Shown piece after piece: positions 25,908-40,339 of a DNA stretch of 64,000 nt. The stretch lies in the NCBI RefSeq assembly GCF_006345805.1, contig NC_043013.1:21204001-21268000 (forward strand). Reading direction: 5' to 3'. The notes beneath the pieces are model-generated. The model saw only the letters and a program-made list of their open reading frames with translations. It had not been told where the DNA came from and searched no databases. The translations under genes and the position numbers were made by a program. Each line of letters begins with the position of its first letter. Within the stretch, counting starts at the first letter, position 1. The DNA comes from Octopus sinensis (taxonomy: Eukaryota).

Positions 25908-26702
25908 GCACCCTATGTTATCCTTGTGTATTCTCTCAGTGAATCCTCGAATAAAAGCTTAGCCTTTTCAACCACGATGAACATAGCTCGTCTATGGGTA
26001 CTTATTGTGCTTGTACCATAACTCACTGGAATAAACAACGTACCACATTTTAAAGCTACCCGCTGGCACGTACCTTTCGTAAATTTCCCTTTATTACACT
26101 TCGGTCTCAGTATAATCGATCTTTCGTTGTTCCACTCCCCCCCACACACACACACAGAGTTTCCCCTTACGTAGTATCTCAGATTGTCAGAAGGTGACCT
26201 CCCTCCAGACCGCACTTAGAAAAACAATTATGGAAAAGTTTATTATGAACAAAGTTTGTTCTCATCCACCAATTATTGATATCATATGTTAATCATAACA
26301 GTCATGATAAATTGTCTGATCTCATGTTCTTTTTATAACATTTGCACTCTATTCTTTCGTGTGATACGTAAAGCTATATCATAGCATGGCTATATATGTT
26401 CGGCTTTCATGTGTGTATGATGATTTTTTTGTACATAATTGTAGCATCATTTCCATTAATTTCATCAATTTCTGCCTTTCGCCTGTCACCAACGGGACTT
26501 TCCATTTGCTCACATCTTAATCTGCTGTCAAAACTATAGCTTGCATTAGATTTGGTTTCAGTTAGATTAATACGAGACTGGCAATTTGGACAGGAAATAT
26601 GATACCATAAATAACGCATATTTTCTGTCTCCTGTTGAATATAGAGAAAGTTTTATGTTGAAAGCTAAACGCGATATCTCTTTTTGTGATGAATGCTAAA
26701 GT

Positions 26703-26770
<68 letters not shown>

Positions 26771-27470
26771 CATACATACATACATATACATACATACATA
26801 CATATATGTATATGTGTGTATGTATGTGTATGTATACACACATAGAGTTAAAGAGAGATATATATTATGTATATATATATATATGTGTGTATGTATGTAT
26901 GTATGTATGTATGTATGTATGTGTATATATATATAAAACACAGTACGTGAATACAAGCAAAAACGTGTGTGTGAGCGCGCGCACGTGTACATGAGTTTAT
27001 GCGTATGATACATTGATGCATGCGTAGCATAGAAACACAGATGTTCAGAGATCGAGAAAGAATAGTTAAAAGAGCTCAAAAGCCAGTTTATCCAAAGACT
27101 TTGGATTTTATAACTGGTCATTATTATAAGAACACTGTTGCTCTGTCTGCTCTTATTGTTATCTCTAAGCTTCAGTTCAAGTCGGAGATTTGTTTTGTCT
27201 ATTGATCCGTATTTAAACATAGTCTGTCTTTCGGTAGGGCCTATACTTTTGGACACACAGTCATTATAAAATCTTTTATTGCGTACAGAGAAACAAACGA
27301 AATTCTCAAAAGAGATGACATGAGATAATTTATTCATCCAATGCTATATTTTTGTAAGTGGGGACATAATATAAAAGTTCTTATTTCTTTGCTGAGAACA
27401 AATATTTAAAGAGGAAAACAACTTTTTTCACTATGTTGTCACATATGTCAGAAATCCTCTCTCTCTCTAT

Positions 27471-27513
<43 letters not shown>

Positions 27514-27812
27514 AGCACACACAGATTATACGTCTGCATGTGTGAATGTGTGTGTGTGTGTATGTGTGTCTCGGTGGGTGTCAGTGCACTTGTATGAATG
27601 TGTAAATGTATACAGTGTGTTTATGTTTAAATGTAAATGCGTTCATTGTCTTATAACGTTTATTAATCTTATTTATGAAAAACTGAATATGTTTTGCATT
27701 GAAAATAGCTATGTTACAATATCAGAGTATGTTATATACTAGAGTACATGTAACCAACTATCCTCCACCTCTTTTTAAAAAATTCTTGGTTTTGTACCGA
27801 AATTAGAAACAA

Positions 27813-28440
27813 ATAGCAGAGATACCCGGCGTTGCCCGGTTACATTCAATTGAAGAATTAGACTTTTATGTTATACTAGCAGTATCGCCCGGCGTTGCTC
27901 GGGTTTGTAAGGGAAATAACTATATAAGCATTTTTAGAGAGTTATAGCCAAAAAATAGCAAGAAAAATGCATTAAAAATGGAAAAAAAATTATGGTAAAT
28001 TTTTTTTTTAAATCGTTGACTCATCGTAGACTTTTTTAGAGAGTTACTTCCCTTATATAATAGCGAAAAAATGCATTAAAATGGAAAAAATGATGGTATT
28101 TTTTTTTAAATCGTAGACTCATCGTAGACGCGCGCTAATACCCAGAAGGGCTCAATATGAATCACGACTATAAGATACCCGGTTTTGGTTAAACAGCACC
28201 GCAAAATGTGGTAATGAGCTGGAGTATCTATGTTTCAAATTTCATCAAAATTTCAGATGAGGGTTATTACCCTCTTTACACACCCTAAAAAGTTTGTAAG
28301 CGTGACACATGTATCCCATACTACTGATTTTTATGCGCATATTCCAGTCTTATTGAACCTGTTAAAAAGATTTTGCTCCTAAAAAATGAAGGTCATGGAG
28401 CTCTAAAATGTGAGAGTTAAGGCCCCTTTTGGGGGTGGGT
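27813..28440 (-). mobile_element. Non-autonomous Helitron 3' part, interrupted by a second Helitron
   Basis: 27813-27874 plus 28212-28440 align with 36389-36695; 3' hairpin CCGGGCAACGCCGGG. Confidence 0.75.
27876..28211 (-). mobile_element. Nested Helitron 3' fragment with an internal direct repeat of about 100 bp
   Basis: Minus strand CCCGAGCAACGCCGGGCGATACTG-CTAG-T terminus; duplicated AGAGAGTTA...CTCATCGTAGAC block. Confidence 0.75.
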
Positions 28441-28444
28441 ATCA

Positions 28445-29555
28445 GGTTTTTTTGGCCTATCTTTGATGATGATGTTCGGTCTGTTATTATTTATTTGTCT
28501 GTCTGTATGTATGCATGCCATAATTTCATAGGATGGTAGCATTCTCTCCCTCTGTAACTGGATCTGGATGTTCATACCAGTTCTTAAGTTAGGGGATATC
28601 ATAGTAACGGCATATGCTCCAGTATAAGTATTGGCCAACTTTATTATGCCTGGTTTTAAATTCTGTAGGAGAAAGGACTGAGTAACCGGCAACAATGTGG
28701 TCAATACACACAAGTTGGTCATTTCAGAGTCTACACTTTGTGTCTACTTCATTGTGTGTGACATTGGCTTGACAGTTCCAAGTAAGGAGACTCTGATCTC
28801 ATAGCACTAGGATAAATCTCTGTTTCGGCTTTCAAACCAACACTCTGCATCCACTGATGGGTTCTTCTCATATCTACATCAGCTTCCCCAAATCGTTTGG
28901 TTTTGCCCATGCAATGTTTTTTTTCTTGCCACAGTCTTGGTATTTCCTTCAAGTTTTCTTGTTTGGCTTTTGTTTTACACTTTTCAACTGCCTTAGGCTC
29001 TCGACAGTATTTATATGCCCCTTTTGAGATCGAGTACAGTTTCTTACACTTTTCCTCTAAGATTTATGTGTTGTTGCCTGTAACCTTAGGTATTCTCAAG
29101 CTTTCAGTAGTCTTTCAAGTGCTTAGGACCCTCCTGATAATACTAGCTGCCCCTAAGAGACAAACTTTCTGTAGGAGCTCTACAGAGCATTCTATTCCAA
29201 TCTCCTTCAGTCATTTGTCTATATATTTGCTTACTGTTCCCAACACACCAATTATTATAGGCACGACCTTGATAGTTTTCATCCTCCAAATTCTACCTAT
29301 TTAAAATTATTGTCTGTCTGATGTGCTCTCTTTGTATTTCATTCTTGTTTTTGTTTTTCCTATTACGTGCTTGATCGACCACCTGTTCTTTATTCGCTGT
29401 CTTCAGTAGTTTTTTTGTACTGCTCTGTAAATATTCTGCTAGACATTTTCTCTCGATCTATACAGATTCGTCTACTGCTATTAAGCCTCTTCCACTTTGG
29501 TCTTTCTTCAAGTACAGCCGGCGGTTGATATCAGCTTTAGGATGGTGATCTCCAT
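28445..29555 (-). mobile_element. Jumbled R4/Dong-like retrotransposon fragments
   Basis: QWMQSVGLKAETE, NNRPNIIIKDR, VVPIIIGVLG...LLQKVCLLGAASIIRRVL, HPKADI..LYLKK. Confidence 0.8.
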
Positions 29556-29899
29556 ATACACTGAACCGCAAAAGAAACGTGATTTTTTTTCAAATGTCAT
29601 TTTTATATGGTAAATTCCGAAATTTTATTTCAGGGCTGTAAATGTAAATATTCGACGACATGCTGGTTAATTTGTTGCGTTTTTTTTATTTGTTTTTTTT
29701 TTCAAAAACACATGTTTGTTTTTTTTATATATTTCCCCCGTTCGGGATGGAAAGTAGGATGCCGCAAATGGACGACGAGAAAGAATGAGCAAGAAGCTAC
29801 GCGTCGGTAGCTGGTAAATAGAACAACACAGTGCCACAGATGAAAATGAGTGAAATTAAGATCCTCAATATTAATGTAAGTGAATGCTTCCGTTATACA

Positions 29900-30800
29900 G
29901 AAAGGGAGGGGTCGAAAGTGAAGTTAGCTCCCCCGAAGAAATTAACCAAAGAAAAACAGTAACGTGTAGGACCTTGTGTTTACCCTGAAAGAAGATTGAA
30001 GTGGCTCTGGAGGAGGTCATTGAAAAATGTCTCGAACCAATGAAAGACGTCATCTCCCACTATACCCGTGGTAGGAAGTACGGTACAGTGGAGGTAAGAT
30101 TTGCCACTGTAGGGGTGGCAGAGAAGCGCGCCACTGTACCAATAAGATCGGAAGAACAGCTGCTCCTGCCAACCCACCTAGGGAAGCGAGTTGCTGGAGT
30201 AAGGGTTGGCAGGATTCCGCCAGAGATAGAAGCAGTATGGATTGCAGCAGCCATACTTTCGGGAAAAAAGAGAAAATCCAACAATTGCACAGGCAACGCC
30301 GTGGCAGCAATTGAATTATAAGTTTATGGCCTGGAATTAGTTGTCCAGGCCACCCAGACATACTTCAACGAAATTCCGGAAGTGATTGGGTTATTCGAAG
30401 AAATTAAATTGACAATAACGGTGGAGGAGAGACCTTCAACTTGCTATGGCTACAGCCACAAGGGGCACATCAAAAAGATGTGCCCCTAAAAGGACCGAGA
30501 ACCAAAGAAAGATGCCGAGATCCTGACCGAGCCCGAAAGTTTGGAGAAGGTGTCAGAAGGGACCCAAGGCGCGACTGACACGGAGCGAATCGGCCAGGAA
30601 AGTGCCGAAGAGGACTACAGACAATCATCTAGAAAAAGTGAAAGAAACATTACACCATCAAAGTGCACACAAGTGGGGAAAAAAGAAGTCTCATACACAG
30701 CAAATAGACGAAATGCTGGCATTCCCTGAAAATATCACATCCGACAGCACACATAACTGCAAAAACAAAAACAATCCAGAATCCCCCATCAAGCACACAC
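29900..30800 (+). mobile_element. LINE (L1/Tx1-like) ORF1 gag relic with degenerate zinc knuckle
   Basis: VRVGRIPPEI... and ITVEERPSTCYGYSHKGHIKKMCP (CX2CX4HX4C with one C>Y) at about 30415-30487. Confidence 0.7.
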
Positions 30801-31095
30801 AGGCAGACACTCAATACAGTTAAAACTCAGACATTGCAATCTGCACAGATAGTAACTTACAGAAAGAACACAGCGATAGAAAAAAACAATTGCAAAATTT
30901 TAAAAGATAACAATAGTTATTCTTCCTAAAGTCTACGCAGCAGATACAAGGTGCATCGTGGTAGGTAATGTGAAAAATAAAACTTTAAAAAAAAACATTT
31001 CAAACTGGATATAGACCCACTGGCGATAGAGGTGAGGTTTGAAACCCTACCTCAGGTGGTGGAATTTGACGATTTAAAACTATATTTCGTAGAAT

Positions 31096-31278
31096 TACTC
31101 TTTACTCTCTTTTAATTGTTTCAGTCATTTTAGTGCGGCCATGGTGGAGCACCGCCTTTAGTCAAGCAAATCGACCCCAGGACTTATTATTTTTAAGCCT
31201 TGTACTTATTTTATCGGTCTATTTTGCCGAACCGCTAAGTGACGGGGACGTAAACACACCAGCATCGGTTGTCAAGCA
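31096..31278 (-). mobile_element. Family A SINE 3' half
   Basis: Homologous to 7718-7905. Confidence 0.85.
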
Positions 31279-31419
31279 TGTGTGTTTGTGTGGTGTAATA
31301 TTAGGCAGTGTTTGTGTCCCTTTTGTTGTATGGGTTTCGTCATGCGATACAGTGCTGGGTCTTGATACTTTTCCGATATACGTGTTTTTATGATTGTTTA
31401 TTAGTTTGGGCTGAGTCCA

Positions 31420-32100
31420 TGACCTCTCCACAGACACTCCGTTACCAGTGCTATTGATTAGGGTTAAATTTCCTATTGAATAGTTCCATGTTGGCAGCTT
31501 CAGGAAAATCATAAACAGGGAAGAGAGAATTGTAGCGGCGAGAGCTATTTTCTGAGGGAAAATCTGAGTTTAGTGATTAGTGAGAGAAGGAGGAGATGAA
31601 TGGAACGATGACGAGAGAGAGAGAGAAGAGGGAGAAATATGTAGAGTAGAGTAAGGAGGGAAGCTAGTGAGTAGAGGTGGTAGGTAGGTAGGTCCAAATT
31701 GATCAACTAGGAGCATCAAGTGCTGCTGTTATAGTATCAGTAGAACATTTAGAAATGCGTAATAGTAAGACTTAGAGCTAAAAAGTTGGATGATGAAGAA
31801 TGTAGAAGAGAAAATCGAACCTGGGGGCTCATCAGAGTTGATACGATATGGGTCAGAGTGAACACACCTTTCAAACACACCTTGAGGGTGTGATCTTACG
31901 GAAGTCACTATTCGAAATGAAGGCAGACGGATGAAGTGCAATGTCGAAAGTTTTATTAGGAAATCCTCATGCCAGATGCGGTAAAATATCCTACCGATGC
32001 CAAGCATAACAGCAAGGTTTGCGTCCGATTTCTTGAGAGCGCGGACCCATTAGCGAGTGAAGTGGTGGAGTAGATCTCTAGTAGATATGGCTACACCAAA
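31420..32100 (-). mobile_element. Decayed LINE RT fragment
   Basis: IWHEDFLIKL (cf. VWHEGLL.KL) and INSDEPPGSIFSSTFFII (cf. GVPQGSILSPTLF). Confidence 0.65.
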
Positions 32101-32619
32101 GTTCATATATGTGTGGGTTGTTTGTTTTAGTGGTGGATGTTGGTTCTATAAACGAAGTGTTGTCTACATTATGTTGTTGGGTGTTTATTCTATAGAGTGT
32201 GATGTCTAGATTGTGACGCTAAGTGTTGATTCTATAAAGTGGTATGTTGAGTGTTAATTCTACAAAGTGAGTAATGTCTACATAATGATGTTGAGTGTTG
32301 ATGCTATAAGATGTGATCTAGAGATTGTACTGCTGAACGATAATTGTAAATAGCATTTCAGCTTTATGAATTAGTGATGCGTAGTGGTGTATTATACAAA
32401 CAGATGTCGACTATAGTTTATGTGTATTTTCAGTAGCTCTTATTTCTCTTACACGCTTTCACTACGCACACGAGTGCAACTGTATATGGCTTGGCCATAT
32501 ACTATGTTTTGTTTTATGATACTTGATGCATTGACAATGGCCTACTATATATATGTAATGTACCCTAACTCTTGTATATGTGCAAGTCATGGAATACTTT
32601 TTGGAAGCTGTGTATATTT

Positions 32620-33180
32620 GTAACTCTTGTGGTTTCGGTTTTGTATTTGTCTACAACGTTTCCAACCTTTCCTAAGGCACCGCCACGGATTGTTTCTGCT
32701 TTCAATCTCCACATTCTTGTTATCTCCATTTCCAGATGTAAGCATAATGTTTTCCTTCTCTTTTCGAGCTATCTTATCGTATTTTAGAACTGCTACTCTG
32801 ATCAGGAGATTCTTCCTTTGTTCCTGTTAATCATCGTCTTCATTATTCTTTCTGTTAACATTTTATCATCCTTATTATTTAGACGTTCATTTCCCTTTTG
32901 TCTTTTCTTCATACCTCCTTCCATTCTAATATCCCTTATCTGACATTTCTGCTGTTTATATTCTGTTTATACTTTCTAAACGCCTCACTTCATTTTACGT
33001 CTTTCTTCTGAATATACTTTCTGTTCTATCCTTATAAATCACACCTGCTTATATTGTAATGTATTATATCCAATATAAAGCTTCCATTCTCATGTCCCTT
33101 GTTACTCAGTCCATTTCTACCTATTTTATCAGCTTCTTCTTGATACAGATGTAATATCTTCCATTTTGTTGTGGTTTTGT
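32620..33180 (-). mobile_element. Decayed R4/Dong-like RLE fragment
   Basis: Minus strand HLEMEITRMWRLKAETIRGGALG. Confidence 0.65.
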
Positions 33181-34369
33181 TTTTATTATTTGTATATACT
33201 AAAAGTTCTCTTCATCTTTATTGAGAGAGGAGCAGTAGCTCCGATGATTCAGTGATCATTTTAAAGTCTGTTTATCACTTTCTCCAAGCCATTACACAAC
33301 TCCCTACGACCAGCGCTCAGTCGTCCCGAGTCGTAAATCATTCTCCTCTCCCTATTACGACATAATCATCATTCAAATCAGTTCCATCATTTCAAATGTG
33401 GATTTGATGAAGAGTTTTCCAGTTACTTTCATTGACATTTTCCCTAAAAGGTCTCCTTAAAGGCTCTTGCTTAAAACCAGGAATATAAGATTGTCTGTAT
33501 TAAGTTTGATGTCTTATTCTGCCTTCAAATTGGATTTCTAGCCTATATTTACTATCAACAAAAGTTAGCAACACTCGTTTTATATGGAAATTTCCCTATT
33601 AATATCTATTCGTCTAATGCCGTTGGAAACTATCTTTGTATTTTAAACTATGAAGCAGTGAACTCCATATAAAGATATATAATACATATAGATTCAGATT
33701 ATTGTGGTTGTTTCAATAATTGTGTTAAAGAAGAGCAGAAATTTGCTCTTCTTTAGGATTGCAGGAACTAGTGGAAGGAGGGGGTGCAATTTTATCCCAA
33801 ACCTACAAAATTACCAAGAGAACCTGTTTTTAATTGATCATCGAAGACATCAGTTCATACAGTTAGAAAGATTTGGTAAGACATCAAAATTTCTATGTTT
33901 GAACGGAGAAAAAGCAGTGTCAGTGACCATCTTTAGGGCTTCCAAGATAGTGTAGGGGAGGGAATAATTTATCATCAGACTTGGTTCCGTCCCTAATAAA
34001 TTCAAGAGATTAGACTTTGTTAAAGTTGGTAAAATACCTGGTGCCGGTGTTAAGAGAGACGCCAGATTAATTCTAACACCTGAAAACAGAAGCAGTTCCA
34101 CTGACAGGCTTCCATTTAGCCCCTGTCTACCAAATTATATTCACATCAGTTTGGCCGAATCCCAGTCTATGGTACATGAATCTTGTCGAATGTGCCAGGC
34201 AGATAGACTGAACAAAAAAATCACATACTTGTGAACAAGCTTTGTAACTACACAATCTTTCTTATGACATAAACACGTGTCAGTTTATATTCCTGATCTA
34301 TGGTAAGGCAACCACATTATAATAATCAACATTTACGTCAAAAATCTTGAATATAGGTAATCCTTTCCA

Positions 34370-34545
34370 CTATTGGCACAAGGCCAGAAATTTAGTGGGA
34401 GAGGAGTTAAATCGATTATATCGACCACAGTGCTCTACTTGTACTTATTTTATCGACCTCGAAAGGATGAGCAACAAAGTCAACCATGATGGAATTTGAA
34501 CCGAGAACGTAAAAACATATGAAATGCCGCTAAGCATTTTGTACG
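34370..34545 (-). mobile_element. Family B SINE, diverged
   Basis: TTTATCGACCTCGAAAGGATGA...GCCGCTAAGCATTT. Confidence 0.8.
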
Positions 34546-36388
34546 GCGTTTGGTGTGGTCCTGACGTTGTTTTTATGAAAACTAAATCAAAGTTGGCAGA
34601 CTAATATTCTTCTGTTTTAGTTCGTGTTCGGCTCCATGTCTGTCACTCTAAAGAACTCAAAGCAATTTATTCCAGCTTAAACATTATTGAATATCCGCAT
34701 TGAACTAATCAGTGGCTTGTTGTATCTCTACATCTACATTTGATCAACTTTTAAAATACTATTTTTAGTTCTTCCCGCTCAACAAACGCTTGCCATTTAA
34801 ATACATATCCGTTACCGTGAACTACATAAATAGAATTTCAAAGTGTCATTGATCATTTAAATAGTTGTCTCTGAAGAAATGGTACTTTTGCGTAGAACCC
34901 CTACCCTTTGCTTAATGAAATATTTGCCAACGCTGGGAGATTATGGCAGACACACAGAGTTTAGAAATGTCACTTAATGTCGTTTTCATTTCAGCCGTCG
35001 GTAGCCGGTCAGGAAATGAGAGGAATCAATACAAACATCAGTCAGATTGGGAAGTAACTGCGGTAGTATCCAACGTATATTTACTTGATACGAAAGCATC
35101 CTAACGGCTTTACAAAGTGACAGCAAATGACAATATATTCCCAACTGAAGAACAACACGAAAAAAGTCTGATTCACTTTGATGTTAATCTGAGCAGTAAG
35201 CTGCTCGGTCGAGAAATGGAGACAATGTAAGAATATCGACCAAACGGTGGTTGTTCGTTTCGTAGCACTAAATGTATGGGGACTTCAAGCTAGCGTGTGC
35301 ACGTCTGTGTGTGCAGCTTTGAACATAAGTGAGTCGAATGGTTTTATTTTGGCCTTTTGGAGGTTGTTTTTTTCTTTCCATTTATGGTGAATTAAAGTAT
35401 AAGTTACAATTTAAAGTTGTTACTAGCTTCCAACGCTACAATATTTCCTCTAAATGCTCTAAATGGCATTTTTTGAAAAACAACGTATTTTACAATCTTG
35501 GACATGGGAATTTTATGATGAAAAACGAAAATCCAAAAATTTTCAAGTTTCCATCTTCAAGAGACAATTTTTCAGTTATGCCAGAAGAGATTAAAGATGC
35601 ACATATATACGAAACCGATAAAAAAATAAGTTGTTTAGAGTTGCATTTTCCTGTTTTCTTTCATAAAATGTTTGAAAAAGTATTTAAAACGTCAAGTGTA
35701 CTTTTGTGTTTATTTTAAACAGAAGCATAAAAGAACATTTTTTTTTATGTGTTCAAATCAAAAGTTGTGCGTAAAATAGCTCTAATTACATCTTGGTTAA
35801 CTAGATTAAGTTATGTTTTGGTGGGGGTTTTTTATACTTCTTCAACGTAAAGTTTTTCATACTGATGTAGATATTAAAAATCTAATTTGTGGGATTTATT
35901 GAAGCAAGCACGATATGTCCTGAAACCTAAAAGCTGCGAAAATAGAAAAATGAGATATCTAATTTTCATAAAACTAGTTTTACTAAAGAAACAGAAAAGA
36001 TCTACACTTTCAGAAAACTGGTTCTACTACAAGGAAGAAAGGATTTGGTAGATCTTGGACCACTACAAGTGCAGGTGACAGAAAATTGCAATACTTAGCT
36101 CTTCAGAAATGCAATGCCTGCAGCAACTGTCAAGTGAGTTTAGAAGCGTTAAATAACAAGACTTTTTCTTGAAGTACCATCACAAGTAGGTTGAACGATG
36201 TTCGTTTTGCCTTTCTAAAATGTACTAAGAAACGGTTTTCAACATTAAAAAAATAAAAAGCATGAAGGACAGATTGTTCTTTCTGATTAAGTATGATTCA
36301 GACTGGTTTCAGAGTGTCTTTCAGGATAATACATAGTGAATATGTCAGTGTGGAATATGATTTTACATTATATATATATATATATATA

Positions 36389-37710
36389 CTAACAGAGATA
36401 CCCGGCGTTGCCCGTGTTACATACAATTGAAGAATTAGACTTTTCTGTTATATTTTGTCTAATGAAATGGAATATCTATGTTTCGAATTTCATCAAAATT
36501 ACAGATGAGAGTTATTTCCCCCTTTACACACCCCAAAAAAATTGTAATCGTGCCTCATATATAACATACTACTGATTTTTATGCGCATATTCCAAAATTC
36601 CAGTCTTATTGAACCTGTTAAAAAGATTTTGCTCCTGAAAAATGAAGGTCATAGAGCCCTAAAATGTGAGAGTTAAGACCCCTGTTGGGGTGGGCACCTT
36701 AGTGTCAACCAGAGAAGTTGAATTGTTGAGAATCGTTTCAACTTGGATCTTATATCTATTGTTTGAATTTCTTTGAAATAGGAAATATATGTTCACTGGG
36801 TTTGTAAAAGAGAGCAAAGCTACAGGAAACCAAAAGACGAATGATCACAATAAGCAGGCAGTTACCCTACCCTAGTCGTTACCACTCCCAATGTAGGATT
36901 CCTCACCATCCAGGTGACAGGCACAGCCGTAAGATGCATTACGAATCTATATCAATTGGAAGGGCGTGACCCAACAGAAATAAACATTAACAATAGTGTG
37001 ACGTGAGGGCTAAGGAGAAATGAAAGTGTCACCTCTAGAGTTTGCAAATGACCACTATACTGATACGTAACTGGACAGAATAAATTTACAATCTATAAAT
37101 GTCTTTGAATAACCGGTCACTCGTCTGGGAAGGCTTAGAAATCAACGTTACCATCTGGGGACTATGTGTGACCCAGTGATAATAAAAAGACTGAAAAGAG
37201 ATCTGCAATCAAATAACTTTACTCAACACTTTGCAACTGAATCAATGGAGGCAAAGATGCCTCTCATTTACTTGACAATGTATGTACCACATTGCTGAAA
37301 TCACAATGTAAGTGTATGTCAAAGCAAACTGTTACACTGTTGTACCATTGAATTAGAAATAATGCTCAACTTTTATGCTCGGGTAACCCTACAGCTTCCA
37401 AAGAGCACAACTGTATTCGTTTTTGCTTTGATAAAATGACAAAATTGTGGGTGTTAAGTCCCCATGAAGGGGTTTTTCTAACTTCTAAGAAGATGAAATT
37501 TTATAAATATTACTTCATTTGTATCTAATATCTATGGTTAAAATTTCATCAACAGCAAAAATATATAAATTGTCATGGGGGTTATGGCGCTTATGCATAG
37601 AATATAATTTCCAAATTTCATAAAGATCCATTCAGTACTTTTGACCTAGTTTTGGATCATAAAAGAAATTACTAAAATTTGGAAGTTAAGGCTCCCATTA
37701 AGGTGTTTTA

Positions 37711-37716
<6 letters not shown>
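36389..37716 (-). mobile_element. Apparently complete non-autonomous Helitron (about 1.33 kb)
   Basis: Minus strand starts A|TC-TATATAAAA at 37716 and ends with hairpin CACGGGCAACGCCGGG then TTAG|T at 36389; partial copy at 27813. Confidence 0.7.
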
Positions 37717-37930
<214 letters not shown>

Positions 37931-38221
37931 CAGATACACACACACATACAAAGATAAATTGATAGATACAACTGAGTGGGCAAACAAAAAATATGAGACA
38001 CAACCAAGTGCTTTTTTATGTTGATAAGATTGGTACTTATTCTATTAGTTTGTTCTTGTGAAACCAGTAAGTTAAGTGGATGTAAATAAAGGAACAGCAG
38101 TTGTGAAGCAGTGATGAGGGCGAAACTCAGAGACAAAGACACACAGATACACTTACATATATACATACATATATATACGATTGTTTTGTTTCAGTTCCTG
38201 TCTACGAAATCCATATATATT

Positions 38222-38775
38222 GTTGTTGGCATCCTTTTTGTCTCGGGAGACAATGGAGTTGCGCATGAAATAATCTAGTCTGGCTTTTACATTTCATGTC
38301 CTAATACATCTGTTGTGGCTGTGTAGTCCTATCCTGGACAAACACTCCCTCTGGCAGGTGCCGCAAATGCAGCGAAGACTTTACCTGGCTGGTTGTAATG
38401 TCATACTTTCTTGTTGACGTCTTTTCTTGTCTTTCCATTACTCCTCTCTCACTCTGTCACTCCTTTGTGCTCCCTCTTTTACGGTATGTCGCAAATCTCC
38501 ACAGTTGCTAGCAACTGCTTCCCAGTTGGTAATATAGATGTTGCAGGCATTCATGTCCCTTTTGCAAACATCCTTGTATCGTAAGAACAGTCTTCCCACA
38601 TACCTAGTGCCCCTAGCAAGCTCGCCGTAGAGTATGTCCTTGGGGATTCTGCCATCTTCCATACGGCTAACATGTCCAAGCCATCTCATACGTCTTTGTG
38701 TGAGGAGTGCAAACATGCTTGGTATTCCTGCTTGCTTGAGGACATCTTTGTTGGGGACATGATTCTGCCATTTGA
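38222..38775 (-). mobile_element. RTE/BovB-like LINE 3' fragment
   Basis: RRMRWLGHVSRMEDGRIPKDILYGELARG...LRYKDVCKRDM. Confidence 0.9.
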
Positions 38776-38997
38776 TCTGTTGTCTTTGTTATTGTACTTT
38801 AAACCAATGCCTCATTTTCTTATATATGTTCTGTCGTGTACACTCACTCATATCAAAGGATTCAATACCGCCTAACCTCGATATTTAGATAAAAGCAAGA
38901 TAAACAAACGTACAATAGCTACATGAGTAAACCTTTTGTAATGAATTTGTCGTTATAATTGTCTCTCAGTAGAATCTCTAGATATAAGCCTCATTAA

Positions 38998-39330
38998 CGA
39001 CTCCCAACCACATGGTTCCGGGTTCAGTCCCACAGCTTCACACCTTAAGCAAGTGTCTTCTCCTATAGCCTCGAGTCGACCAAAGTTCTGTGAGTGGGTT
39101 TGGTAGACGGAAACTGTAAGAAGTCCGTCGTGTATGTGCGTGTGTGTGCTAGTCCCCCACCACCGCTTGCCAACCGTTGTATTTACGCCCCCGTAACTTA
39201 GCATTTCGGCAAAAGACACCGATAGAATAAGTACCAGGCTTTAAAAAAGTAGGTCCCAGGGTCGACTCATCCCACTAAAAAGTTCTCCAAGATGGTGCCT
39301 AGCAAGGCTGCAGACTGAAACACGTAAAAG
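38998..39330 (+). mobile_element. Family A SINE
   Basis: CCAACCACATGGTTCCGGGTTCAGTCCCAC...GATAGAATAAGTACCAGGC. Confidence 0.85.
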
Positions 39331-40111
39331 ATAATTGTCAGATGACCAATCGTTTAATGGACATCTGGCCGAAACTCTGCTGAGCACAGGAGTGTAAAAT
39401 GTGAAGTTTATAACAGGATTGGGGATGTGAGACAACAACAATTTCTGCACAGAATTTAGTTAGCATCACAGAATTTGTTGAAACAGACTCTTTGTTCCTC
39501 CATCTCTCTTTCTCGCCCTCTCTTTCTCTTCCATGTTATACATGTAAACTATAAAAAAAATATTTCAACTCAATTGTGCTGTCATGGTTTCGTTTATAGA
39601 AATTTGCAATAATATCGTGAAAAATAAAATGAGAAAGTAGTTATATTTAATAATAGAGTATATTGTGAATGAAGAAAATCGCAGCGAAAGAAAAATGTTT
39701 ACAAAGACGATATGAAGTGACAGAAGAGAATGAACGATTATCGTTTAGAAAATATATTTAGATGAAACAGCGTTATAAATTTTAGGGGAAATGGTGGTAT
39801 ATTATAAATGTTAAATATAATTAAGGAAACAAATCTAATTTGTGTGAAGGCAGAATCGGGGAATTAGAATGCAATCTAATTTAAAATGACAAATTATAGA
39901 AATGAAATATTTGCTTCTACTTCGTGTTTTACAGCTAATCAACTGTAATCAGGGCACCTTGCATCATCATCGTTTATATATGCGGTTTTAGCAAATACTG
40001 AAACACAACAGTTCTGGAGACTTTCATTATTTGGGTTGTGGGGAAAGGGTTGTGCGCATAATGGCTAGGACCTGTTTCAGTACATAAGTACTGAGCACAG
40101 ACTGAGATACC

Positions 40112-40339
40112 TATTTCTTTATTACCCACAAGGGGCTAAACATAGAGGGGACAAACAAGGACAGACATAGGTATTAAGTCGATTACATCGACCCCAGTGT
40201 GTAACTGGTACTTAATTTATCGACCCCGAAAGGATGAAAGGCAAAGTCGACCTCGGCGGAATCTGAACTCAGTACGTAGCGGTAGACGAAATACTGCTAA
40301 GCATTTCGCCCGGCGTGCTAACGTCTTTGCCAGCTCGCC
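40112..40339 (-). mobile_element. Family B SINE with 17-bp TSD
   Basis: GCACAGACTGAGATACC at 40095-40111 and 40340-40356. Confidence 0.92.

Noticed and set aside
32150-32340. Repeat-spacer-like pattern (CRISPR?)
   Set aside because: Degenerate tandem minisatellite without unique spacers, in a eukaryotic context with no cas genes
34985-35110. Possible exon after a TTTCATTTCAG acceptor
   Set aside because: No recognisable peptide, an early stop and no partner exons
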